Positions 18,697-26,195 are shown, counted from the stretch's first letter. The stretch is DNA of 26,195 bases from Candidatus Peribacteria bacterium (GCA_041691135.1 JBEPVF010000017.1:1-26195), one strand, 5' to 3'. The notes: generated by a model from the sequence alone, not told the origin. Translations and numbers: made by a program.

Positions 18697-20697
18697 ATGA
18701 AAACAACAAACACATACACAGCTTTCTCTCAGAACCCACTCGTCAAAGAGCGGAGGCTGTGTTTTATGGCATTTGGTGTACCAGGTGCCGGTGCCGAAAT
18801 ATTTGGTAGTGGAAAGGAAGGGTCAAAAGAATGGGCGAATCGTGGTATCGCCGGGAGAACATTGGATTTTCTTCGCGACTCACTTTTACTTTCCAGTTTG
18901 TTAGAGCAGCGGCTAAAAACAGTTGATTTTCATACTGCCGAAAGATTAATCGATCAGGAGGAATGGATTGATACATTTCGCGATACTCGAAATGATGTTT
19001 TTGCTCCACCCAATGCAGTTCCGGTCGATGAAACCAAGGAGTTTGGACCGAGAGAATTCCTTCTTTCACTCACGCCGGAAGATCGTCAGAAAGTGTATCT
19101 TGAGTTCATTGATAAATATATTCCTGAAAGTGTTCAAAGAGATCCGGCAAATATCGGTATTTTTGATCCTGATAATCGAGCAAATCCAGCTGTTCGTTTT
19201 GCGAACTTAAACAAGCCTGCTAGTAAGGCCATTGTTAATGATGCACTGGCAGGGATGTTTGATCTTGAAGGTATAGCATGGAATGGAAACTCAAAGGAAA
19301 TCGCAAAAGCAAGTTTACAACAGCACTACAAAGCTGCTCCCAGTGGCAGTCTACGGCATTCCTTAACTGATGACTTTAAGGAGGCTCTTCATTATCAAAA
19401 GGAAGTTGCTGGCAATATGCGTCCGCTAACCCCGGATACACTTCGTTCAGATATTCCTGCATCACTGCTTCGGGGTGCATTGAATCCAGAAATCGGTGTG
19501 ATAACTCCCACTAGGTTCAATACTCTTACAAAGGATCTCCAGCGTGTTGCATCTCAAAGAGATTTGGAAAAAGGAAAAACACAACGCGAGGTTGGTAAAC
19601 TTAGAGGTGAAGCCGAAGCACGTCTGGAGCACGAAACTACCGAAGTAGCAGACATTTGGAGGAACATGAATATCATTCAAAAAGGAGTCCTGATTGCTGG
19701 TGTCGTATATTTGGCTACTAAATTTAAGAAAACAGCCACTGTAATTGGTATTCTGGCAGCTTCCGTTTATTACGGAAGGGCATTTGTTTTCAAAGATAAG
19801 ACACCCGGAAAAACTATTTCTGATTATACTCTAAAGCCATTGGGAGATTGGGCGTCCCAAATGTTCAATAAGAAAATGGGCGTAGGTACAGGGGCCCAAG
19901 GGGCAGTACAGCATACTGAAAAATTGTTCTCATTTTTAGATGCATATCAGAGAAACAAAATGGAAGAGGAAGCAGCCGGGCTTGCCCTCATAAATGATGT
20001 AAAATTTAAGGATATTGTTGCAAACTTCGATATGACTAAACCGCATGTTTCTAATTGGCGGCTCGATACGAGACGCGGAGGACAGATTAATGGGTTTATT
20101 CAAAAGGACATGGAGAACAGGGGTTGGGATGGAAACTATTACAAGTACTTCGAGAACGCAGATAACGTGCAGCAATTGAGTCAAGTGGTTGCGTTTGCTT
20201 TCTACTTAGCTGCGAGCAAGGAACCTCGCAATCTGGAGCGAATTCAGCAAGTAGAAGGTGCAATGCGGAAGTTGGATGCAAATAAGACGTATAACGATCT
20301 GACTGATCCAGCTCTTTCTACATATATGGAACTTGCTCGTGAGGGCGCTGCGATGTACGCGAACAATGATCAGACGATGGGCGATTTTATTGCTGAATCA
20401 TTACAAATGCGTGAAGCAACTGCCATTACAAATGTTGAGAAGAATAATCCGAGTGCCGACTTAATTGAACGTAAGAAAGTTGCAGCGAAAGGCATTGCCG
20501 CTCGAGAGTTTGGCTATCCGAGTTTTATTATTAAGATTAAAGGCGACAAAGTGTTGTATGGCCAAGATGGTTTGGATACTGCAGAAACACCCGTAGAAAC
20601 AATCCGTGGTGCCACCGCTAAACAAATTGTCGAGAAGTATAATCGATGGGAAGAAATGCCAGCACCTAGGGCAACGGACGATCCTTTCGTACTTTAA
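18697..20697 (+). CDS. Hypothetical 666-aa helical protein with N-terminal ExRL leader and central two-helix hydrophobic segment
   Basis: ATG 4 nt after the upstream TAA; FSQNPLVKERRLCFMA; GVLIAGVVYLA-TKFKK-TATVIGILAASVYYG. Confidence 0.85.
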   Translation: MKTTNTYTAFSQNPLVKERRLCFMAFGVPGAGAEIFGSGKEGSKEWANRGIAGRTLDFLRDSLLLSSLLEQRLKTVDFHTAERLIDQEEWIDTFRDTRNDVFAPPNAVPVDETKEFGPREFLLSLTPEDRQKVYLEFIDKYIPESVQRDPANIGIFDPDNRANPAVRFANLNKPASKAIVNDALAGMFDLEGIAWNGNSKEIAKASLQQHYKAAPSGSLRHSLTDDFKEALHYQKEVAGNMRPLTPDTLRSDIPASLLRGALNPEIGVITPTRFNTLTKDLQRVASQRDLEKGKTQREVGKLRGEAEARLEHETTEVADIWRNMNIIQKGVLIAGVVYLATKFKKTATVIGILAASVYYGRAFVFKDKTPGKTISDYTLKPLGDWASQMFNKKMGVGTGAQGAVQHTEKLFSFLDAYQRNKMEEEAAGLALINDVKFKDIVANFDMTKPHVSNWRLDTRRGGQINGFIQKDMENRGWDGNYYKYFENADNVQQLSQVVAFAFYLAASKEPRNLERIQQVEGAMRKLDANKTYNDLTDPALSTYMELAREGAAMYANNDQTMGDFIAESLQMREATAITNVEKNNPSADLIERKKVAAKGIAAREFGYPSFIIKIKGDKVLYGQDGLDTAETPVETIRGATAKQIVEKYNRWEEMPAPRATDDPFVL

Positions 20698-20698
20698 A

Positions 20699-20754
20699 TC
20701 ACCCGGACGCATACTCCTTCTGCGCACGGGTGAGGTCTGTCTTCCGACGGACCT
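20699..20754. terminator. Tandem hairpins between convergent genes (probable terminator)
   Basis: TCACCCG..CGCA-loop-TGCG..CGGGTGA (20699-20733) and AGGTCTGTC-TTCC-GACGGACCT (20733-20754); no strong U tract. Confidence 0.5.
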
Positions 20755-20771
20755 AGGTTACTTCACGTCGA

Positions 20772-21746
20772 TCACGGAATGTCTATCACAGGATCCCCGA
20801 TTGGGGGAACGACACCCCCGAAAGCGGCGCCATTTTTGCCGTGGGCGGCAGACTCGATACGTATCCTCTCCTCGATGTGCTCAGCCATCTTACTGGCCCA
20901 AGCGTTGGGGTCTTCTCCTACAGGAAACTTCCTGATGCTCATGAACTTGTTCTTGTCGGTGGCGCTCTTACAGCCGCTGAAGACTACGTAAGCGAACAGT
21001 TCGTCGCCGTTCAACTTGTAAGTCACGTTGTTAATGTGCAGATCCGTCGCGTTGTTCTTCTCGACGACGAGTCTCTTCTTAAGCTCGTCTCGCCAGTAGT
21101 TCCTTACCGCAACTTCCAACTGGTCTTCTGCGAAGGAGACTTCGAAGGGTGATTGTTTTGCTTGGAACCCCGCGAGCCCGGCCCGGTTCGCCTCGCGAAC
21201 TTTGAGCACCAGATTGCCGAGGGGAGGTGCCAAGATCTTGGCACCACAGTTGATGACGAGGTACAGGCCCGAGACAAACAGCACAATTGACAGTATCCCG
21301 AGCAGAATTGCCATGAAAGGCTGCGCTCGGTCTACGGTAGTCGTCGACCCAGCCGATGCGTCTGGTGTGGCCGCCGTCGCTTGGGCGGGTCTTCCCTGCC
21401 ACCATGACCATGTTGGGTACCACTCGAGTTCGACTCTGTCTTGCATGGCCTCCCGTGTTGCCCAAAAACCGAGGAAGGAGATCAGTAGTAGAACGATTCC
21501 GCAACCGCAGGAGGGCCAGGCTATAAGGTCCGGGAGCCATCGCCAGTTGGGGTCTGCACCCCCTTGACGGAGGAGCAATGGACCCAGCCAGCACAGGAAC
21601 ACGACGGCCAGAACCAGGGCGAAAAAATTCAACAAGAGGTTCTCGCGTTTCCTGGTGTTTGCCCATGCAAGAAGCATGAGCACCAACAGGATTCCGAGGA
21701 TTTCCAGGATGATTCCTACCACCAAGGCTTGCTGTGCGCCGATCAT
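20772..21746 (-). CDS. Hypothetical membrane protein (about 4 TM helices plus soluble C-terminal domain)
   Basis: Four hydrophobic stretches; ATG 21746 has AAGGGA 7 nt upstream. Alternative start is GTG 21788. Confidence 0.75.
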   Translation of the reverse strand: MIGAQQALVVGIILEILGILLVLMLLAWANTRKRENLLLNFFALVLAVVFLCWLGPLLLRQGGADPNWRWLPDLIAWPSCGCGIVLLLISFLGFWATREAMQDRVELEWYPTWSWWQGRPAQATAATPDASAGSTTTVDRAQPFMAILLGILSIVLFVSGLYLVINCGAKILAPPLGNLVLKVREANRAGLAGFQAKQSPFEVSFAEDQLEVAVRNYWRDELKKRLVVEKNNATDLHINNVTYKLNGDELFAYVVFSGCKSATDKNKFMSIRKFPVGEDPNAWASKMAEHIEERIRIESAAHGKNGAAFGGVVPPIGDPVIDIP

Positions 21747-21818
21747 TCTCGAATCCCTTTCGGCTAGTTTACCAATCACTACTGGCACTTTGGAGCGATT
21801 CCTTAGTGATCTCAGTGA

Positions 21819-21865
21819 AGTGAAGGAGCTATTTGTAAATATAGTACAAATTTTTATTTTGTCAA
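21819..21865 (-). promoter_or_regulatory. Promoter and weak boxA-like element for the 20772 gene
   Basis: TTGACA-16 nt-TATATT, then AGCTCCTTCACT (8/12 to boxA TGCTCTTTAACA). Confidence 0.5.
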
Positions 21866-21897
21866 TATATACTGTTATATCGCTCTAAAATGGCTTA

Positions 21898-21926
21898 TTG
21901 ATTAAAATAAAGAAAAAATGTATAAT
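21898..21926 (+). promoter_or_regulatory. Near-consensus sigma70 promoter, near-leaderless transcript
   Basis: TTGATT-17 nt-TATAAT; ATG 21936 lies 9 nt downstream. ATG 21918 falls inside the promoter spacer. Confidence 0.75.
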
Positions 21927-21935
21927 AGTAATCAA

Positions 21936-22274
21936 ATGACACAAATATCTACAGATGCTACGGCGCTGCCCGAACACTTCATGGAAGATCTCTATGACCT
22001 GCTAATGTGTTCTATTGAGCCTGAATTGATGAGCGCTATCATACCGCAATTGGATACCCTTTATACGGAAGAAAAAAAGTCTCAAAAAAAGAAAAGGTTG
22101 CAGCGTTACCTAAAGGCATTTGAGACTTTTAATCAACGGTTTGATGCGGTGTTTGCTTCGTGGAAAGAGCAATTAATGGAGCGTAGGAATAAAGCGCTGA
22201 ATATTTATAAAACTCAGGAGAAAAATAGAGAAGACGAGCAGATAAAAAATTTAGAACATTCCTTTGACCTATGA
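21936..22274 (+). CDS. Small helical hypothetical protein (112 aa), translationally coupled to the next gene
   Basis: LYDLLMCSIEPEL...KKRLQRYLKAFETF charged helices; ATGA stop/start overlap at 22271-22274. Confidence 0.78.
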   Translation: MTQISTDATALPEHFMEDLYDLLMCSIEPELMSAIIPQLDTLYTEEKKSQKKKRLQRYLKAFETFNQRFDAVFASWKEQLMERRNKALNIYKTQEKNREDEQIKNLEHSFDL

Positions 22275-24112
22275 TGATACATCTACTTTTTAGCCAAAGG
22301 CGTTTCTCTATCTCTGAAAATAGATTGCTCCATATGGCAGATCCTGAACAGCCACGGCAGAAGGTAGTCGATGATATTTATAGTAACTTGAGCAATTCGG
22401 ATTTACCGGAGGAGCAGCGGGATGAAATAAAAAATAAGATTACAGAATTGTATGCGGAAACTAAATTCGCTCGCCAAGAACAGTTAACAAATTTTCTCAA
22501 TCTATTGCGCGGTACTCTTTTAAATGTGGACCCCAAAAATGTTGTACCCATTGATGTTACTGCAAATGAATTGCAAATGATTGTTGTGAAGATGGGTTGG
22601 ACAGATGAAGTGTTCAGTGCAAAGCTTGCCGACGCTCGAAAGGCGCCAAGAGTTGCCATTGATGAAATCGGCAAGGCCAAGTGGGATGCTTACTTGAATA
22701 GAGCTAAATATATTGCGGCAGACCGACGTCGCCCTGAAATATGGGAAATCGCAACTAAAGTCTATTCGATTGCTCAACGTTATGGCTTCAGTCCTGTCAT
22801 TCAAGGGGTGACCGTGGAGCAGTTCATGGGTGAAATCGAAAGTGCCAATCGTCCTCTCCGTTCGAAAGCTATCCCTCTTCAGCGACGCCCGGCTGAACCG
22901 AACTTAACAGGTGGCACAGTACTTGGAGAATACCCATACGATGTGCCAAGCGATTATCGCGGCCAAGAATTTCCCACATCACATGTGCCGTCTGGCTATG
23001 AGCAAAGATCTGCTCAAATGCGTGGGGGGATGCGCGGACAGAATCGTCGCCAGTATGTTTCTACTCCTCAAGGTGAAATGTACCCGGTGGGATCAGACAT
23101 CGATCCTCAGCATCCGAATTCGGTTGTTCGTAATTATGGCGATGGCCCTGTTGATAGAGCTGGTCGGCAAAACAAGCTGAACCGCGCTAGAGGCAAGTTT
23201 CAGAAATCAGTAGCTCCCGACGGCACATATGATCAGACAACTGTCGGCGGCAAAAATATGGCTGCTTACGAACAGCAGTCAACTGACTATGCCAATCAGC
23301 CTGATGCTGATCCGGACGTGATCGACAATAAGCGTCAACATCTGGAGTCTGCGAAGCGACAGTATCTAATTAACGAGCGCTACAATACCGAGATCATGGC
23401 AATCAACGAGGAGTTGAATGGAAAACAAGTGTTTGCAACGGCAAACACTAACGTGGTATCAACCGATCCTTTTTCGTCAATTGTCATCAATATACCTGAT
23501 ACGAAGCGATTGAATCCTGTCACAGATCTTGCAGAAGGTGAAAGCCTTCGAAAGTTCGGTGTATCGAGAATTGTTATCCAGCCAAATAATCCGCGTTCGT
23601 CAGTGGATATTGATCAGTTGAGACAGGCGGGGGTTGCTCTGGAGGCGGAATACGCATTCGATGGAAAAGTGCGAGCGGTCAAACTCACATTTACGGAGCC
23701 AGGTGAATTCACAGTGAGTCAGGGCAATGCCAATACCGGCGCGCGTGGCATGGTCGGACAAATCGATAAGGCGGCGGCCGGCACGTACGAAAGTCCTTTG
23801 GCTAAAGAAAAAGCTCGTTTAGATTTATGGCTGAATGAAGCGAAAAATGAGGCAACCCAGAAGTGGGCGATTCTCTCGAAGGATAAAGGAACTTTCGATC
23901 GCGCTACGAAAACGAATGTGAAATCTAAGTATTACTACCAGCCCGCAAATGCCGATCAGGGAGAGCTGATGTTTGTTGTTAACGGTAACACAATGAGCGT
24001 GTATGACCCGGCTGTAGGGAAAGTACAATTGGTAACCGATCAATTTATGACTTCCATTGAACCTGACCTTGGTGTGAAGAAAACGTGGGACCGTCTCAAT
24101 AAACCACGATAA
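22271..24112 (+). CDS. Hypothetical 613-aa protein with N-terminal ExRL leader and central Q/G/R/P/Y-rich region
   Basis: FSQRRFSISENRLLHMA; helical N-terminal domain, low-complexity middle, beta-rich C-terminus; no TM segment. Confidence 0.85.
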   Translation: MMIHLLFSQRRFSISENRLLHMADPEQPRQKVVDDIYSNLSNSDLPEEQRDEIKNKITELYAETKFARQEQLTNFLNLLRGTLLNVDPKNVVPIDVTANELQMIVVKMGWTDEVFSAKLADARKAPRVAIDEIGKAKWDAYLNRAKYIAADRRRPEIWEIATKVYSIAQRYGFSPVIQGVTVEQFMGEIESANRPLRSKAIPLQRRPAEPNLTGGTVLGEYPYDVPSDYRGQEFPTSHVPSGYEQRSAQMRGGMRGQNRRQYVSTPQGEMYPVGSDIDPQHPNSVVRNYGDGPVDRAGRQNKLNRARGKFQKSVAPDGTYDQTTVGGKNMAAYEQQSTDYANQPDADPDVIDNKRQHLESAKRQYLINERYNTEIMAINEELNGKQVFATANTNVVSTDPFSSIVINIPDTKRLNPVTDLAEGESLRKFGVSRIVIQPNNPRSSVDIDQLRQAGVALEAEYAFDGKVRAVKLTFTEPGEFTVSQGNANTGARGMVGQIDKAAAGTYESPLAKEKARLDLWLNEAKNEATQKWAILSKDKGTFDRATKTNVKSKYYYQPANADQGELMFVVNGNTMSVYDPAVGKVQLVTDQFMTSIEPDLGVKKTWDRLNKPR

Positions 24113-24118
24113 TGAAGA

Positions 24119-24138
24119 CCCCCGGATCGCTCCGGGGG
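24119..24138. terminator. GC-rich hairpin between convergent genes
   Basis: CCCCCGGA-TCGC-TCCGGGGG; followed on the minus strand by TCTTCATT. Confidence 0.7.
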
Positions 24139-24149
24139 CAGAGAGAGAA

Positions 24150-24758
24150 TCACTGGTACGCCACGACGCGTCGTACGAGCGAAGGGCTGTAGTACAGGAT
24201 CCGTTTGCCGATTTCCGGAACGCGGACCCATTGGTCGACGATTTCGTATTCATATACCGGCTCGGTTGCCAGACTAAGGGGCACTGCTCGGATATAAGCA
24301 AGATCCGTTTCGATCACGTCCCACTCAACTCGATTGAGGGGATAGCCAACACGGATTTTTTCACTCCAAGTGAGGAGCCGCGCTACACGCTCCGCAGCCG
24401 GATATGGGTACGTGCAGTGTGCCTGGACCGCCGCTCGAAGTGTGGCCGTTTCCGTCTTGAGCGCGGCCAGTTGCTTGTCATGGTCGTTCAGCCGTGCATC
24501 GTGCTCGGCCAGCAGATTGTTGGTTGCGTTTTGCGCCGATTCGAGGCGGGTGACTCGCTGTTCCAGCGAGAGTGCTGGCTCTGGATTAGGCGGCGAGACG
24601 ACAACCTGTACGGCGGCTTTGACGATCGGCGCGGGTCCGCAGGTTTCGATGATTTTTCCCTGTCGGACCAATTCCTTGTAGGCCCGTGCTGCTTCAGCAT
24701 CGGTGAGCCCGGAGACTTGCCCGATCAGTACACATACAATCGCGACTGTTCCCATCAT
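24150..24758 (-). CDS. Hypothetical protein with short hydrophobic N-terminus and a coiled coil
   Basis: AAGGA 7 nt before ATG; GTVAIVCVLIGQ; heptads LEQRVTRLESAQNATNNLLAEHDARLNDHDKQLAALKTETATLRAAV; hairpin follows the stop. Confidence 0.72.
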   Translation of the reverse strand: MMGTVAIVCVLIGQVSGLTDAEAARAYKELVRQGKIIETCGPAPIVKAAVQVVVSPPNPEPALSLEQRVTRLESAQNATNNLLAEHDARLNDHDKQLAALKTETATLRAAVQAHCTYPYPAAERVARLLTWSEKIRVGYPLNRVEWDVIETDLAYIRAVPLSLATEPVYEYEIVDQWVRVPEIGKRILYYSPSLVRRVVAYQ

Positions 24759-24780
24759 GGCGTGTTCCTTAAATATGGTT

Positions 24781-24908
24781 CTCTCCCACGAGTCCCAACT
24801 TGTTCGCGAAGCCGGATCCCGAGAGATAGGCTTCCTGACAACAAATCAGGGGGCGTGGGAAAATATGTCAAAGAGCAATAATTGTGGATCCTATGACGTT
24901 GAAGTCAA
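24781..24908 (-). promoter_or_regulatory. Promoter region, boxA-like element and structured 5' leader of the 24150 gene
   Basis: TTGACT (24903-24908) with candidate -10s CACAAT or TAGGAT; TGCTCTTTGACA at 24866-24877 (11/12 to boxA); three-stem fold at 24781-24863. Confidence 0.5.
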
Positions 24909-24964
24909 AAATCCATTACATACTCTGGCGCGTAGCACAGATTCCTGTACCCTACCGCGGACGC

Positions 24965-26092
24965 ATGGCTACGCTCATCCTCCAAGACGGAACCCGTTTC
25001 GCCGGACAATCATTCGGCGCCAAGGTCGATTCCGACGGAGAGGTGGTTTTTACGACGGGCATGGCGGGATATCCCGAGAGCATGACTGACCCGAGCTTTC
25101 GCGGACAGATCCTCACCTTCACGTATCCGCTGATCGGCAATTACGGTGTGCCCGCCGATGACAAGAACGAGTGGGGTTTTTCCAATAACTTCGAGAGCGA
25201 GAATATTCATCTGCGCGGCATCGTCGTGTCGCAGTACAGCGACGAGTACAGCCACCACGCGGCAGTCAGTTCGCTCGGCCATTGGATGGAGCATCATGGC
25301 GTGCCGGGAATCACGGGCATCGATACGCGGGCGCTGACGAAAAAATTGCGGGAGCATGGGGTGATGTTGGGGAAGATTGTTCAGGATTCAGGAGAAACAA
25401 GAGATTCAAGTGATTCAGGGGAACTCCACATTAAGGATCCGAATGAACTGAATCTTGTTGAAGAAGTATCGTGCAAAGAAGTGATTGTGTACGAGCCAAA
25501 GACCAGTGATCAAAAACCCGTCACGATCATTGCCTACGACTGCGGTATGAAGCGCAATATCATTCGCAGCTTCCTCAAGCGCGGCGTGCGCGTTGTGCGG
25601 GTGCCGTGGAACTTCGATCTCGATTCATACGACGGCAAGTACGATGGCGTGTTCTTCAGCAATGGGCCGGGCAATCCCAAGACCTGTGTGCCGACGATCG
25701 AGAACTTGCGAAAGGGGATTGAGAAAAACATTCCCACGTGGGGCATTTGTCTCGGCAATCAGTTGATGGCTCTCGCCATCGGCGGCGATACGTACAAACT
25801 CAAGTACGGTCACCGCGGAGCGAATCAGCCGTGTGTGGAATGGAAAGACGGCAAAGCAACCGATCGCTGCATCATCACCAGTCAGAACCATGGCTTTGCA
25901 GTGGATGGCGATAAACTTCCGAAAGGTTGGGATGTCTGGTGGCGCAACGCGAACGATGACACGGTCGAAGGACTCAGGCACGAATCCGGCCGCTTCGCAT
26001 CGGTGCAGTTCCATCCGGAAGCAACGCCGGGACCGGAAGATGCAAATTATTTGTTTGATGAGTTTCTGGAAGTGGTGAGAAATAAGAATTAA
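24965..26092 (+). CDS. carA: Carbamoyl-phosphate synthase small (glutaminase) subunit
   Basis: GEVVFTTGMAGYPESMTDPSF, YPLIGNYG, GIDTRALT, SNGPGNP, GICLGNQ, SQNHGFAV, QFHPE (Cys-His-Glu triad). Start set at ATG 24965. Confidence 0.97.
   Translation: MATLILQDGTRFAGQSFGAKVDSDGEVVFTTGMAGYPESMTDPSFRGQILTFTYPLIGNYGVPADDKNEWGFSNNFESENIHLRGIVVSQYSDEYSHHAAVSSLGHWMEHHGVPGITGIDTRALTKKLREHGVMLGKIVQDSGETRDSSDSGELHIKDPNELNLVEEVSCKEVIVYEPKTSDQKPVTIIAYDCGMKRNIIRSFLKRGVRVVRVPWNFDLDSYDGKYDGVFFSNGPGNPKTCVPTIENLRKGIEKNIPTWGICLGNQLMALAIGGDTYKLKYGHRGANQPCVEWKDGKATDRCIITSQNHGFAVDGDKLPKGWDVWWRNANDDTVEGLRHESGRFASVQFHPEATPGPEDANYLFDEFLEVVRNKN
25385..25426 (+). repeat. In-frame 9-nt repeat tract inside carA (DSGETRDSSDSGEL)
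   Basis: GATTCAGGA GAAACAAGA GATTCAAGT GATTCAGGG GAACTC; A-ending codons atypical of the rest of the gene. Confidence 0.7.
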
Positions 26093-26195
26093 TTTGTGAA
26101 AGAGAGCGCCATCTCTTGGCGCGATGGTCAGACTTCAACTCGGCACAAACTTTTCCAATCGCTCAGGGTGTTCTTTTTCTTGTCTCCCCGCGACA

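Noticed and set aside
22289-22310. Twin-arginine (Tat) signal in SQRRFS of the 22271 protein
   Set aside because: No hydrophobic h-region follows the RR, so it does not fit a Tat signal peptide.
13622-24758. Prophage or integron cassette array
   Set aside because: No integrase, terminase, capsid or attC-like GTTRRRY-bounded repeats were recognised; the inter-gene hairpins differ in sequence.
24231-24881. 216-aa plus-strand ORF opposite the 24150-24758 gene
   Set aside because: The minus-strand ORF has an SD, a coherent coiled coil and a downstream hairpin; the plus ORF is an Arg/Gly/Cys-rich shadow.
26128-26195. Possible 3' end of a minus-strand gene at the right edge
   Set aside because: Two frames are open for about 20 codons; cannot choose between them or identify either.

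Overview
Bacterial chromosomal window, genetic code 11. It is probably from a CPR/Patescibacteria lineage such as Peribacteria/Peregrinibacteria. This is an inference from SD-less pyrimidine-rich or leaderless starts, lamin-tail and DUF4215 surface proteins, a short MutY and many ORFans. The left part is housekeeping and surface genes: rpsJ, tuf, an ABC exporter, mutY, a Cys-rich surface protein, rny and a 1421-aa lamin-tail protein. The right end is carA. Between them (about 13.6-24.8 kb) is an AT-richer block of seven plus-strand ORFans, with two GC-richer, oppositely oriented single-gene units, one inside the block and one at its right edge. Main leads: (1) the ORFans share short protein-level tags (an N-terminal FSQ-x5/6-ExRLxxMA leader, C-terminal GHGH tails, a weaker VRxxhxxhh helix), and two are large helical proteins with hydrophobic hairpins but no Sec signal, suggesting a cluster of substrates for an uncharacterised export or host-interaction system; (2) a dispersed family of 9-nt-periodic repeats sits right after stop codons and also occurs in frame inside carA; (3) a structured RNA lies upstream of rny; (4) the two inverted genes have boxA-like and SD signals. 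No CRISPR array, tRNA, rRNA, integrase or transposase was seen. All calls were made by eye, with no database searches.
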